From Polyangiales bacterium (GTDB lineage Bacteria; Myxococcota_A; Polyangia; Polyangiales; Houyiibacteriaceae): 64,000 nt of DNA. Made by a program: the position numbers and the translations under genes. How positions within the stretch are numbered: the stretch's first letter is position 1; each line of letters begins with the position of its first letter. The stretch is from assembly GCA_045106895.1 (NCBI GenBank), contig JBGCFM010000029.1, forward strand, positions 17,539 through 81,538, written 5' to 3'. Below are positions 10,020-20,052 of this stretch, piece after piece. Under the pieces are notes generated by a model that was not told where the DNA came from, made no database searches, and saw only the letters and a program-made list of their open reading frames with translations.

Positions 10020-11453
10020 CTAGAAAGGGAGCCGCTCGTATCCGTCACCCATGGTGGTCGGAGCTTCGCTCGTCATTTCAGACGGGGGTGCCTGCTGTGC
10101 ACCGTTGCGCGCGGGCTGCCACCGGCGACGCTCCTCTGTGAGAGGCACCATGACGTCTTCGTACGCCGAGAGTTCCGCTTGCGCCGTCTCGAAGCCTTCA
10201 AGTCGAAGCTCGACGGAGATCTGCTCGTCGGGGCCGATTTCAAGAGCGAGTGGCGTGGTGCCTTGAAGAACGGCATCCGCCCACACCTCGGCTCCCGGCG
10301 GCTGTGACTCGACTTGGACCGTCAAGATTTCCGGCGTTAGCTCGGGAGGCTCCGGCAAGGGCGGCGGATCCACCACCGTGGCCCGAGGAGGAGGAGTGGG
10401 TTCAGGCAGGACCTCAGCGTCGCCGCTCATGATGATCCACCCAGCGATGAGAGCGCTGAGGAGCAGGATGAGTGCGGCGATCCAAATCGGTGCTCGCTCC
10501 CTCTGTGCTCGAAATACACCCGTGGGCCGGGCGCGATACGTCTCCAGTTCCGGGACACATTTCTCAAGGGCTTCGATGAACTTCGTCGCGTCCTGGTATC
10601 GACGATCCGGCGACTTCGCGATGGCGCGCAGCACAAGCTTGTCGAGACGCGGCGTGATCGGGCGAGTCGGGACCAGCTCCTTGGGTGACTTCGGTTCTTC
10701 ACGAATGTGCTGAGCCATGACGACAACCGCGTCATCATCTTGGAAGGGCGGCACACCCGTAAGGAGCTGATACATCAGTACGCCGACGCTGTAGAGGTCG
10801 CTTCGGGCGTCGAGCTTTTTGCCCTGGGCCTGTTCCGGCGACATGTAGCGCGGCGTTCCGAACACTGTGCCGGCTTGGGTTTCAAGCGAGTCAAAGTCGT
10901 TCTCGCCTTCGAAGACCTTGGCGATTCCAAAGTCGAGCACTTTGACGACGGGAGCTTCTTGTCCTTCAACGTCCGCCAACACGATGTTGTCCGGCTTCAG
11001 GTCGCGGTGGATAATGCCCTTGGTGTGGGCCTCATGCAGACTCGTGAGAATCTGCTGAACGATGCGGATGGCTTCGACGGGGTCGACGGCGACATCACGT
11101 CGAACTTTCTCCGTCAGGGTCTCGCCTTCGAGAAGCTCCATCGCCAGAAAAAGGATGCCCTTTTCCGTTTGGCCAAAATCGTAGACGCGCACGGTGTGGG
11201 CGTTCTGGAGAAGGCTCATCGCTTTCGCTTCACGGTGAAAGCGTGTGACGGTCTCGCTCTCCCACGCCACTTCGTCCCGGAGCAGCTTGAGTGCGACGGG
11301 TCGCCCAAGCGGCGTCTGCTCTGCTCGGTACACGGTCCCCATGCCACCAGCACCGATGAGCTCTTCAACCTTGAAGCGCTCCGCAACGGTCGTGCCCACG
11401 TAGGGGTCGAGGTTCTTTTCTGCACTAGCGGAGGACATGAGCGGTCTCCCCAT
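10020..11453 (-). CDS. Membrane Ser/Thr protein kinase with PEGA domain
   Basis: GAGGMG, HRDLKPDN, DFG, GTPRYMSPEQ; TM; VESQPPGAEVW..GTTPL; start may be 11438. Confidence 0.92.
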   Translation of the reverse strand: MGRPLMSSASAEKNLDPYVGTTVAERFKVEELIGAGGMGTVYRAEQTPLGRPVALKLLRDEVAWESETVTRFHREAKAMSLLQNAHTVRVYDFGQTEKGILFLAMELLEGETLTEKVRRDVAVDPVEAIRIVQQILTSLHEAHTKGIIHRDLKPDNIVLADVEGQEAPVVKVLDFGIAKVFEGENDFDSLETQAGTVFGTPRYMSPEQAQGKKLDARSDLYSVGVLMYQLLTGVPPFQDDDAVVVMAQHIREEPKSPKELVPTRPITPRLDKLVLRAIAKSPDRRYQDATKFIEALEKCVPELETYRARPTGVFRAQRERAPIWIAALILLLSALIAGWIIMSGDAEVLPEPTPPPRATVVDPPPLPEPPELTPEILTVQVESQPPGAEVWADAVLQGTTPLALEIGPDEQISVELRLEGFETAQAELSAYEDVMVPLTEERRRWQPARNGAQQAPPSEMTSEAPTTMGDGYERLPF

Positions 11454-11514
11454 AGCCTAACACGGCGCGGCCGTCAGGTCGGGCGATGGGGAGGGCAGTT
11501 TGTCTAGTTATTAC

Positions 11515-12942
11515 TTACGGACTTGGTGGTACGCAGTAGGTCGGCCAGAAATCACCGGTCTGGATCGGACGGCATTCTCGGTCCGATGTACAGGTACTAT
11601 CCGAGCAGCATGGCGCGACGCACGACCCGTTGTGGCAGCGGAGGGAGTCGCACTGGCCGTTCACTGTGCACGTCGTTCCAGCCCGCCCCATCGGGTTCTC
11701 CGTGAGGCAGATGTTGATCGGGCCGCCTTCCACGGGAATCGATGTGCAGCCCTCGTTCGACGGACACTCGCCTACTGCCCCGCAGGCCTCGCGACATCTT
11801 CTCGTGAGTCCGTAGCAAAAGTAACTCTGGCACTGTTCATTCACGCTGCAGCTCTCGCCGTTCTCGCGCCTGGTACCTGCGTTGAAACAACCTGTCGTAT
11901 TCGTCGAGGAGTCACTCGACGCGGCGAGGCGCAGGCAAGCCTCGCCGGAATCGCAGTCAGCGTCGGAGCTGCACATCGGTTGGCAGGTGCCGCCGTTTCG
12001 GCAGTAGCCGGAGGCACAATCAACGTGGTCGTCGCAATTCGTATCATCGGGCAAACCGACTTGCCCTTCGAGGACGCAAAGCCGAGCGCCGGTGTGGTCG
12101 CTGGCGCACACCGACCCGTTGGGGCAATCCTCCTTGCTGCAGCATGTGCGGGTGCATGTGCGCATATCGGCAATGCCGACGGCGTCTAGGTCTGCGCAAA
12201 ACGTGCCATCAACGCACGTCGCGTCGGACGTGCACGCCGTGCCGAGCGGTGTGATGTCTCTGCATTGGCCGATCGCTTCAACGCAGCGCTGGTCTTCCTC
12301 ACATTGCCCGTCGTTCTCGCAGTCGCGCGGAGGAGTTGTTCGGCAAACCGCCGGCGTCACGCTGGTATCGCAGTAGTCGACGCTCAAGTCGCAGCCAAAT
12401 CTCTCCGTGTCGTTCGCACAGCTACGAAGGACACACGCGCCCTGGCAGATACTGTCTTCATCGCAAAGCGGCGTCCCCTGCTCGTTGTCTGTCTCACCAT
12501 CGCAATCGTCGTCGAGGTTGTTGCAGACCTCGTCTGTCCCTTCGTCGACCCGACCGTCGCAGTCATCGTCCACCATGTTGCAGACGTCGTTCATGGTCGG
12601 GACGTCTTCGTCGATCCGACCATCGCAGTCGTCGTCCACCCGATTGCAAACCTCGACCGTTGCACCGATTCCCTCATCGAACTCACCGTCGCAGTCATCG
12701 TCAAGTCCGTTACAGACCTCGGTGCCTTGTTCTTCGTCGGTGAGACCGTCGCAGTCGTCATCGGCGCCGTTGCAGATTTCGGCAGAACCCTCGACACATG
12801 CCAGGCCGACTTCGCACACACCTTCAAAGCATGACATGCCAGAGGGGCAGCCCTCGTTTCCCGAGCAGCGCTCTTCCCCCGGTTCGATCACAAGCGAGCA
12901 GGCCAGTGTGAAGAGTAGCGCGAACAGAAAAAAGCGGTTCAA
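11515..12942 (-). CDS. Cys-rich lipoprotein with MopE-like/putative metal-binding repeats
   Basis: Lipobox LACS; five (E/D)xCNxxDDDCDGxxDE-type repeats; Cys-rich C-terminal half. Confidence 0.8.
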   Translation of the reverse strand: MNRFFLFALLFTLACSLVIEPGEERCSGNEGCPSGMSCFEGVCEVGLACVEGSAEICNGADDDCDGLTDEEQGTEVCNGLDDDCDGEFDEGIGATVEVCNRVDDDCDGRIDEDVPTMNDVCNMVDDDCDGRVDEGTDEVCNNLDDDCDGETDNEQGTPLCDEDSICQGACVLRSCANDTERFGCDLSVDYCDTSVTPAVCRTTPPRDCENDGQCEEDQRCVEAIGQCRDITPLGTACTSDATCVDGTFCADLDAVGIADMRTCTRTCCSKEDCPNGSVCASDHTGARLCVLEGQVGLPDDTNCDDHVDCASGYCRNGGTCQPMCSSDADCDSGEACLRLAASSDSSTNTTGCFNAGTRRENGESCSVNEQCQSYFCYGLTRRCREACGAVGECPSNEGCTSIPVEGGPINICLTENPMGRAGTTCTVNGQCDSLRCHNGSCVAPCCSDSTCTSDRECRPIQTGDFWPTYCVPPSP

Positions 12943-13766
12943 AACGCACCTCCGACAGAGAGCGCCGCAGCACCTGGGCCCGCCTCGATATTCACCGTGG
13001 CGGCCACTTCGGTGTCCACCGCTTCGCGCTCGTAGGTTCGCACGCGCAGGAGATAGAGCAGCAACGCAGCAACGCAGGTGGCGCCGCCGGCGATGAGGGT
13101 AATGTCAGCTGTCAGCGCGAGTCCATCGGCCTGGCTGCGAAGGTCGATTCGTTCTTCTTGGTCAAAGACATTTGCGGACACGATGCTGTTGGCGCTGTTG
13201 TTCTTCGAGAGAGCCACACCCCCGAGAATTCCGCCGGCGGCGAGAAGACCGGCCCCACTTGCGAGAACCGCCCAGAAGGCCGTGTCGACGACACCCCGTT
13301 CGCGGACGATCTCTCGCGGTGCCATCTGACGAAGCTCGGGTGCTTGCTCCGCCTGCCTTAGGGCAAGCCATTCGCGGGCGCCGTCGAGGCGGCGAAGGGT
13401 GGCGTCGGCGCGTTCTACTTCGGTGGGGTCGTAGGCCACCATGTCCCGGAACCGTCGGCCGTATTCGATGGCTTTGTCGAGTTCGCCCAAGAGCTCATAA
13501 ATACGTGCGAGGTTGAAAACGAGGGTCTCAGAGTTCGGGTCGAGGGCAATGGCTTGCTCCATCGCCGCGGCGGCTTCCGCATATCGGCCAGCAGAGTAGT
13601 GCTCTCGACCAGCCTGAAAGAACTCAAGGGCCTCCGGTGGGGGCTGCGATGGCTCCTCCTGGGCGTATGCCGCAGAGCCGAAGAGTGGGCCCGTGGCGAG
13701 CACCAACAGAGCTACGATAGCCAGTCGGCAAATGCCTGGGCCTTGGGTCCGCGGTCTCACCCTCAC
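12939..13766 (-). CDS. Exported tetratricopeptide-repeat protein
   Basis: Signal peptide ending AYA-Q, TPR (GREHYSAGRYAEAAAAMEQA), C-terminal SVGGAF typical of myxobacterial TPR proteins; start approximate. Confidence 0.75.
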   Translation of the reverse strand: MRVRPRTQGPGICRLAIVALLVLATGPLFGSAAYAQEEPSQPPPEALEFFQAGREHYSAGRYAEAAAAMEQAIALDPNSETLVFNLARIYELLGELDKAIEYGRRFRDMVAYDPTEVERADATLRRLDGAREWLALRQAEQAPELRQMAPREIVRERGVVDTAFWAVLASGAGLLAAGGILGGVALSKNNSANSIVSANVFDQEERIDLRSQADGLALTADITLIAGGATCVAALLLYLLRVRTYEREAVDTEVAATVNIEAGPGAAALSVGGAF

Positions 13767-13857
13767 ACGGTACAATGGTACGATGCCGGCGTCACGGGGC
13801 TTTGTGCGCCACAGACAAGCCCCACGAGCGGCGTTCAACGCGCTAGTGTGGGTGTCG

Positions 13858-16293
13858 GTGAAACGATCCTGCGTATTCTTTGTGGCGTTCTACGCCGTTG
13901 TTCATGGCGTCTTTGGCACTTCATCGGTGCATGCTCAGTGGACGCGACCCACGTCGGGCGTGACGGGCGTCGTGAGCAGTGTCGTCAGCGAAAGCGGTGC
14001 CTACGCTCTTGAGGCCAACCCCGGGGCGCTGGCTCTCGTGCCCGGCTGGGACGTTCGAGCGTTCCATATTGATGACGCCAGCCCCGCCGAGGCGATCTAC
14101 GGCGTCCGCGCGTTGCCTTTCCGACTTTCCGTGGCGGGAGGCGCGGACTGGCGTCGTCTGCCTGGTCGCGACACCGGCCGTGTCAGTCTCGGCGGGTCTT
14201 GGGCCCAGAGTTCAACGCTCTCCATCGGCCTGGCGCTCCGCTACCTCGACCTCGCCGCCGGACGCTCCGGTGCCTTCGACGTAGGCGTCAGCTGGCGCCC
14301 CTCGGCTCGTTTCGGCGTGGGACTTGTGCTTCACGACCTCTTTGGTCCACTGGGCCTTACCCGCGGAGCCGGTGCGGTACCGGCGAGTGCCGTTTTGGGC
14401 GCGCAGATCCGTCCCTTCGAAAACGACTCGCTCTTCCTGGAGATGGCCCTCGCCGTCGATACCGAGCAACGCGTCGGCCTTCGGGGGTTGCTTGGGGCGC
14501 ACATCCCGCACATCGGACGGCTGGGCGTGGTCGTCGAAGGCGAAGACGTGGGAGGCGAAGGGGGGATGCGCGTCATGGCTTCTCTTCGCGCGGACTGGGG
14601 AACCATCAGCGCCGAAGGAGGCGTCGTGCGCTCAACAGGCGAAGAGTTTGGCGCGCTCGCCGCATTGCATCTTCGCAGCGCGGTCCGTGAAGGTCTCCCA
14701 GAAACCGGGGTCATCGATGACCTCTACCTGCGGGGTGGGATCGGTCCACGTCGACTCTTGGCGCTCCTGGAACGCCTCGACCGTGACCGCTTTGACCCAC
14801 GCGTCCGCGGAGTGCTCCTTCGCTTTCGTAGCACCGGCATTGGGATGGCCGTGGCACAGGAGATTCGCCAGGCCATCGCCGCGCTGGAAGCCGTCGGCAA
14901 GCGGACGATTTGTCACCTCGATGCGCCGACGGGCTCCGAGGTCTACGCCTGCGGGACAGCCCACGCGCGGCATCTCGACCCCGCCGGCACCGTTCGAATG
15001 TTGGGAGTCTCGTCGACGGCGCTTCATTATGGAGGAGCCCTGCGGCGCCTCGGCGTACGCACGGATTTTATCCGAATTGGCGAGTACAAATCTGCCGTGG
15101 AAATCTATGGCTCCTCGACGGCTAGCCCCTCGGCGCTTCGTGCCCGGGGCGCAATGTTGGACGACGCCTCGGCGCGAATGCGTCAGGACATGGCCCTCGA
15201 CCGAGACATCGAGCTCGCAGAGGTCGGGGGGTGGATCGACCAAGGGCTCTTCTCGGCGAACGAGGCGCGCGATGAGGGCATCGTGGACGCGCTCACCGAT
15301 GAGTACGAGCTGGGCTCTGCTCTCCGTGAAGGGCTCGGCAGCGCGCGTCGCCGGGAGAATCGCCCGAGGCAGGTGCCGAGGACGTTTGGTCGTGCTCCTC
15401 GCGTCGCTGTGCTGGTCCTCGATGGGTCCGTCGTGGACGGAGACAACGTGGACTATCCCATCGTGGAGATTCACCAGAGCGGCGCGCGAACGTTCATTCG
15501 AACACTCGAAGCCGTCCGCGCGGATGACTCCATCAAGGCGGTGGTCCTACGTATCGACAGCCCTGGCGGAAGCGCCCTCGCGGCGGATCAGATCTGGCGC
15601 GCCGTTCGTCGCTTGGCTGAGCGCAAGCCTGTCATCGCTTCGATGGGATCCGTCGCGGCGAGCGCGGCCTACTACATCGCCAGCGCCTGCCACGCGATCT
15701 ACGCCAACCCGACCACCATCACGGGCTCCATCGGCGTCCTCTTCGGCAAGGTCGACTTTGCGCCCCTCGCCGAGATGTTGGGCGTCGGCATCGTGCAGCA
15801 GGAGCGTGGTGCGCATGCCGGCGCGGAGTCTCTGTACCGGCCGTTTCGTCCCGATGAACGCGCCACCGCCGCCGACCAGGTTCGGCAGTTCTATCGGCTC
15901 TTTCTCCAGCGCGTCGCCGTGGGACGCAACATGAGTGTGGCGGACGTGCACGAGGTCGCCCAGGGACGCATCTGGACGGGCGATGCCGCGCAGCGATTGG
16001 GCCTCGTCGACGAACTCGGCGGCTTCATGAGCGCGCTCCACGAGGCGCGAATGCGCGGCGGACTCGACGCCGACGCGCCCTTTGTCTCCGCTCCATCCCG
16101 ACCCGGGAGTCTCCTCGAGTACGTTCTCGGGAGTTCGTTTTCGGCCGAGTCCGGAACTGCGCCTCAAGCGCGCGGCTTCGCTGAGCTCCAGGACGCGGAG
16201 AGCCGGCGCTTTGGCCTCGACATCGCCTTCGCCATCGCCGCCTCAGCGGACGCACCATTGGCGATCCTGCCCGTTGACGCAGACATCCGCTGA
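13858..16293 (+). CDS. sppA: Signal peptide peptidase SppA (protease IV, tandem S49 domains) with N-terminal beta-strand-rich domain
   Basis: RIGEYKSAVE, LRIDSPGGSA, SMGSVAASAAYY, TGSIGV, AQGRIWTG..GLVDELGG; start approximate. Confidence 0.88.
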   Translation: MKRSCVFFVAFYAVVHGVFGTSSVHAQWTRPTSGVTGVVSSVVSESGAYALEANPGALALVPGWDVRAFHIDDASPAEAIYGVRALPFRLSVAGGADWRRLPGRDTGRVSLGGSWAQSSTLSIGLALRYLDLAAGRSGAFDVGVSWRPSARFGVGLVLHDLFGPLGLTRGAGAVPASAVLGAQIRPFENDSLFLEMALAVDTEQRVGLRGLLGAHIPHIGRLGVVVEGEDVGGEGGMRVMASLRADWGTISAEGGVVRSTGEEFGALAALHLRSAVREGLPETGVIDDLYLRGGIGPRRLLALLERLDRDRFDPRVRGVLLRFRSTGIGMAVAQEIRQAIAALEAVGKRTICHLDAPTGSEVYACGTAHARHLDPAGTVRMLGVSSTALHYGGALRRLGVRTDFIRIGEYKSAVEIYGSSTASPSALRARGAMLDDASARMRQDMALDRDIELAEVGGWIDQGLFSANEARDEGIVDALTDEYELGSALREGLGSARRRENRPRQVPRTFGRAPRVAVLVLDGSVVDGDNVDYPIVEIHQSGARTFIRTLEAVRADDSIKAVVLRIDSPGGSALAADQIWRAVRRLAERKPVIASMGSVAASAAYYIASACHAIYANPTTITGSIGVLFGKVDFAPLAEMLGVGIVQQERGAHAGAESLYRPFRPDERATAADQVRQFYRLFLQRVAVGRNMSVADVHEVAQGRIWTGDAAQRLGLVDELGGFMSALHEARMRGGLDADAPFVSAPSRPGSLLEYVLGSSFSAESGTAPQARGFAELQDAESRRFGLDIAFAIAASADAPLAILPVDADIR

Positions 16294-16323
16294 CACAGGA
16301 CTCAGCAGCGCTATGCTCCCCAC

Positions 16324-16803
16324 ATGCGCTGGTACGTCCCACTCCTGATTTTGCTCTCTTTGACAGCCTGCGAAGAGCGCACCCTTGAAGGCCCACCTCC
16401 CGCGGACCACGGCGAAGCGCCCAACGCCGAAGAAGACCCCCTCGGCGCGCGCATGCACGCCTTCGGCTTCGAGCGGGCGCCGGTGTACGAACCCGAGGAA
16501 GGAACGCTCTTTCGCGGCAACCTTCGGCGCGGACAGGTTGAAGACTATCCCGTCACCCTCGTTGGAACCCGCTGCTACGTGGCGGCGACGGTCGGCGCGG
16601 ACAGTATCGAGTCTCTGGACATGACGATGGTGGACCCCAACGGAAGTCCGCTGCTTCGCGATGAAGACGAAGGAAACGAAGTCCTCTTGGGTATCCGCAA
16701 CTCCTTGTGTCCTGCAGTTCCGGGCGTCTACCGCATTCGTGTTCGCGTCACCGAAGGAAGTGGCGACTTCGTCGTCCAGCTTTATGGCCACGACGTCATC
16801 TAG
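16324..16803 (+). CDS. Lipoprotein with PPC-like beta-sandwich domain
   Basis: Lipobox LTAC; LDMTMVDPNG...G.YRIRV pattern. Confidence 0.7.
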   Translation: MRWYVPLLILLSLTACEERTLEGPPPADHGEAPNAEEDPLGARMHAFGFERAPVYEPEEGTLFRGNLRRGQVEDYPVTLVGTRCYVAATVGADSIESLDMTMVDPNGSPLLRDEDEGNEVLLGIRNSLCPAVPGVYRIRVRVTEGSGDFVVQLYGHDVI

Positions 16804-16832
16804 ACGTTCGCAGAGCTGGCCTTAGCCGACCC

Positions 16833-16877
16833 AAAAAGAAAACGCCGCGCTCCAGAAGGAGTGCGGCGTTTTCATTT
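16833..16877. terminator. Bidirectional intrinsic terminator
   Basis: GAAAACGCCGCGCTCC-AGAA-GGAGTGCGGCGTTTTC flanked by A and T runs between convergent genes. Confidence 0.85.
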
Positions 16878-16907
16878 CTCGTCTGGGCCCGTGAGAGGGC
16901 CAGAGCG

Positions 16908-18017
16908 CTAGTTCACGCTTGCGGAGGCGCTCACTTCGACGCTCACTTCGACGCTCACGCTGAAGCTTGCGACGGCTGAAGCGACGGTGGTTCCAAGGGA
17001 GGCGATGCACAACGCGCTGGCGCTGGCAAGGTCACCGGCGCTCGTGGCGATCTCGCCCGCGGCGCTCGCCGTGGCTTCGATGCGCGCGGTGAGCCCGAGG
17101 AGGCGGCCCCAGTGGAGCTGAAGTGCTCGCTGCAGGTCTGCAACTCGTCCGCCAGTAGCTTCCCCGGCGAAGTCCACGGAGACGCTTGGCTCGCTGCACG
17201 TTCCTTCCGCGGTGATCTCGCTCTGGCAGGTTGCCTGGCACTCTGCGTTGGCTTCGACGTTCGGGGACCCCTCGCACATAGGCTCGGTGAACTCGCCGGT
17301 GCATCCACCGGAACAGGTGCCTTCGCATGTGCCGGAGGCTTCCGCCGTGCAGCTGCCGGAACAGCTACCGGTGCACTCGGCGCTGCAGCTACCCGTGCAG
17401 GTGCCATCGCAGGTGCCGACGCAGTTGCCTTCGTCGTCCGTCGCGGAACAGGTTCCATCACATGTGCCGGTGCAAGCGCCGGAGCAGGTTCCGGTGCAGG
17501 TCGCGGAGCATTCGCCGGTGCAGTCTGCGCTCGCCTCGACGGTGCAGGTGCCTTCGCACATGGCGTCGCAGGAGCCGGAGATCTCGCCGCCCGTACACTC
17601 GACTTCGGGCGCCGCTGTGACATCGACGTCACACTCCGCAACGCAGTCGGCGTATGCGTCGACGCTGAAGCTGCACGCCGGTGGAATCACCGTGACCGTG
17701 ACCGCGGCGTCAGCCTCGGCGATGATCGCTTCGATCTCAGCGGCGACCGCGCCACACGTGGCTTCGCGCTCTTCTTGGTCCGCCGCCGGAGCGGGAACGT
17801 CGACACCAAGTTCCGTCGCAAGGTCGTTGCAGACGCCGAGGAGTTCCGTCGAGAGCTGGTTGGCTTCCGTTGACAAGGTGTCGACGGCACGAACGACGGC
17901 TTGCGCGCGCAGACCAGGGCCGTCGGCGCCAAGCTCGTCGCAGCCGATCACTGCGGTGGAATCGCAGGCGGTGGCGCCAAGTGCCGAGAGGCAAATGAGG
18001 AAGAGTTTGAGTCTCAT
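16908..18017 (-). CDS. Cys-rich myxobacterial lipoprotein with CxGxC repeats
   Basis: Lipobox ATAC; long CxxxC array (CTGTCSGACTGTCDGTC); C-terminal VSVEVSVEVSASAS. Confidence 0.8.
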   Translation of the reverse strand: MRLKLFLICLSALGATACDSTAVIGCDELGADGPGLRAQAVVRAVDTLSTEANQLSTELLGVCNDLATELGVDVPAPAADQEEREATCGAVAAEIEAIIAEADAAVTVTVIPPACSFSVDAYADCVAECDVDVTAAPEVECTGGEISGSCDAMCEGTCTVEASADCTGECSATCTGTCSGACTGTCDGTCSATDDEGNCVGTCDGTCTGSCSAECTGSCSGSCTAEASGTCEGTCSGGCTGEFTEPMCEGSPNVEANAECQATCQSEITAEGTCSEPSVSVDFAGEATGGRVADLQRALQLHWGRLLGLTARIEATASAAGEIATSAGDLASASALCIASLGTTVASAVASFSVSVEVSVEVSASASVN

Positions 18018-18222
18018 AAGAATCCTAAATCGTTGGAGTATGACAGTGAATCGGTGCTCAGGTCGCAACCATACAAGCTGCAAACGCCGCTGCACCTCTC
18101 CCTGTGAGTAGACGGCGGCCCCGGCGCATGGATTCACATTCGAAGCGGGCCGTTCGTGGTCCAGGTTCGCTCAATGTTCGCTCAACCTTCGAGCGTTCTG
18201 TCCCTAAATGGTGAGGAGCGGG

Positions 18223-20052
18223 CTAGCGCTCGCCAAGGATATCGTCGAGGTAGTCCGCGTTGCCCCCGCAAACATGGGAAGCCTCGAAACCTGCCTGCGC
18301 GGCGCGTTCGCCGAAGGGCCGCGAAGACCCCGAGTCCATGAGGCAGCCCGGCCGGTTGGCGCGGTTATGAAAGACCGTCGCTGAACCTAAGGGGTCGGCG
18401 AGTCCAAAGCTGTGCCCGAGCTCGTGGGCGGTGGTTTCCCCGACCATGTTCGAGAGTGCTTGGACGGCACGTTCGACTTCCGCCGTGCGCCCCCCACGGC
18501 CCTCAACCTCGGCAAGCGTGGCGGGCGCGTTTCGAACGCCGCCAAAGATCTCGTCAAAGAGTGGATCGGGCTCCGGGCCGGCGCCGTCCGCGGGTGCGTC
18601 CGACTCCGAGAAGAAAAGAAACCCATCGATGAACACGCCGCCGTAGCCGGGGTAACCGTCCGACTGAGTCTCAGCGTTGGCGCCCCCGATGGTGTCGAAG
18701 AGGCGTAGATTGCCCACGTCTTTGCCGGGGCTGTTGTCGTAGCCGAAGAGACCGCGTCCGTTCGGGTCTGGACCACCGATTTCGATGACCGTGACACCGC
18801 TTGCTGTGACGTCGAGTGGACGCGCCGTGCGAACGTCGACGTTCCAGTCGGCGTAGATTTCCTCGATGCGTCGGGCCACCATGCCTTCGATGGTACCGGC
18901 GGCGGCGGCGACGCCAAAGAGCGGCAGACTGGCGTAGAACCCTGGAAGGAAGCGCAACCAAACGACCTGGCGAATAGGGCCGAGCTCCAGGCGCGCGGTG
19001 TTGCCGATGCCATTGAACTCGTCGAGACCAAGAATGTTGATCGGCGTGAACATGGCTTCGAGAACACCTCTGCCGGTCCCGAAGAGCTCGCTGACCAATG
19101 AGTCTCCGGTGTTCTCGGCCAAGAGCGCGAGCTGGAGTTCTTCGTTGGAACGCCACGAGAGAATGAGGTCCTCGCCAAAAGAGCGTCCGCCTCCGTCGCT
19201 CGGCGTGAACATGCCCTCCACGCGAATCAAGGTCAGCCCGTCGCCGCCTAGTTCACCGCCCAAGAAGCCGGCTCCACGCAGACTCACGATGGACTCGAGG
19301 CTCGCCACCTCCGGGGAGAGACCTGTGAAAATCGTTGGCTGGATCTCCAACACAATGTCGCGTTCCGTGCTCTCGCTGGCAGCGGCGCCGTTGACCTCGC
19401 TACGAAGGTAAATCTCCCCCTCGAAGGTCCCAGGTCGCACGCTGCCGAGGTCGGTGCTGAGCAAGACAACGCCGCGTTGCCGGTCTCCGCGCTGCGCCTG
19501 CCTCACCGGGAGTTCCCCGCTCACGGGGGCGCGGGCGCCGCCCTCAAGCTCGAACTCACCCGAGAACACCGCCGTGACGCTTCCTTCTTCGAGCTCGAGG
19601 AAACCATCCCCTTCAAGGAAGATCTCGTCGTTCCAATAAACGAGCTCATCGATGTCCAGGTCGAGGCGAATGGGAAGGTCCGTGACGATATCCAGAAGAA
19701 ACGCAAAGGGCTCGCTCTCGACGTCCTCGTTTCGAATCACGACATCCGCGTTGTGAACACCTTCGCCAAAGGAGTTGATAAGGCGCGAGGTCAGCAAGAA
19801 CGTCGCTTCGCCGCCTTCGATGCTCTCCGCGTTCAGCGTCGTCCCTTCGATGACGAGGACGGCGTCTTGGCCCAACGCGTCGAGGTTGGCGACGCTGACG
19901 CGCAGCGACGTTCCCGTCACCATGGGCACGGACGACTCGATATCTAAGATGATGGGCAGCACCGGCTGAATGACCGGAGGATCCTCGGCGCAAGACGCGA
20001 GCGTCAGGGCGACGAGGGCGAGGCAGGTTCGAAGCGTGGGCCGCATGTTCAT
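18223..20052 (-). CDS. Lipoprotein with C-terminal metzincin-like zinc metalloprotease domain
   Basis: Lipobox LASC; HELGHSFGL motif, downstream H and Met-turn-like CLMD; ATGA overlap with upstream gene. Confidence 0.75.
   Translation of the reverse strand: MNMRPTLRTCLALVALTLASCAEDPPVIQPVLPIILDIESSVPMVTGTSLRVSVANLDALGQDAVLVIEGTTLNAESIEGGEATFLLTSRLINSFGEGVHNADVVIRNEDVESEPFAFLLDIVTDLPIRLDLDIDELVYWNDEIFLEGDGFLELEEGSVTAVFSGEFELEGGARAPVSGELPVRQAQRGDRQRGVVLLSTDLGSVRPGTFEGEIYLRSEVNGAAASESTERDIVLEIQPTIFTGLSPEVASLESIVSLRGAGFLGGELGGDGLTLIRVEGMFTPSDGGGRSFGEDLILSWRSNEELQLALLAENTGDSLVSELFGTGRGVLEAMFTPINILGLDEFNGIGNTARLELGPIRQVVWLRFLPGFYASLPLFGVAAAAGTIEGMVARRIEEIYADWNVDVRTARPLDVTASGVTVIEIGGPDPNGRGLFGYDNSPGKDVGNLRLFDTIGGANAETQSDGYPGYGGVFIDGFLFFSESDAPADGAGPEPDPLFDEIFGGVRNAPATLAEVEGRGGRTAEVERAVQALSNMVGETTAHELGHSFGLADPLGSATVFHNRANRPGCLMDSGSSRPFGERAAQAGFEASHVCGGNADYLDDILGER

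Noticed and set aside
11475..11520. AT-rich stop-codon cluster (TAAGTAATAACTAG, minus strand) and faint similarity to the gene end, considered as a DGR template or scar
   Set aside because: Similarity too short and not adenine-specific; no reverse transcriptase in the window
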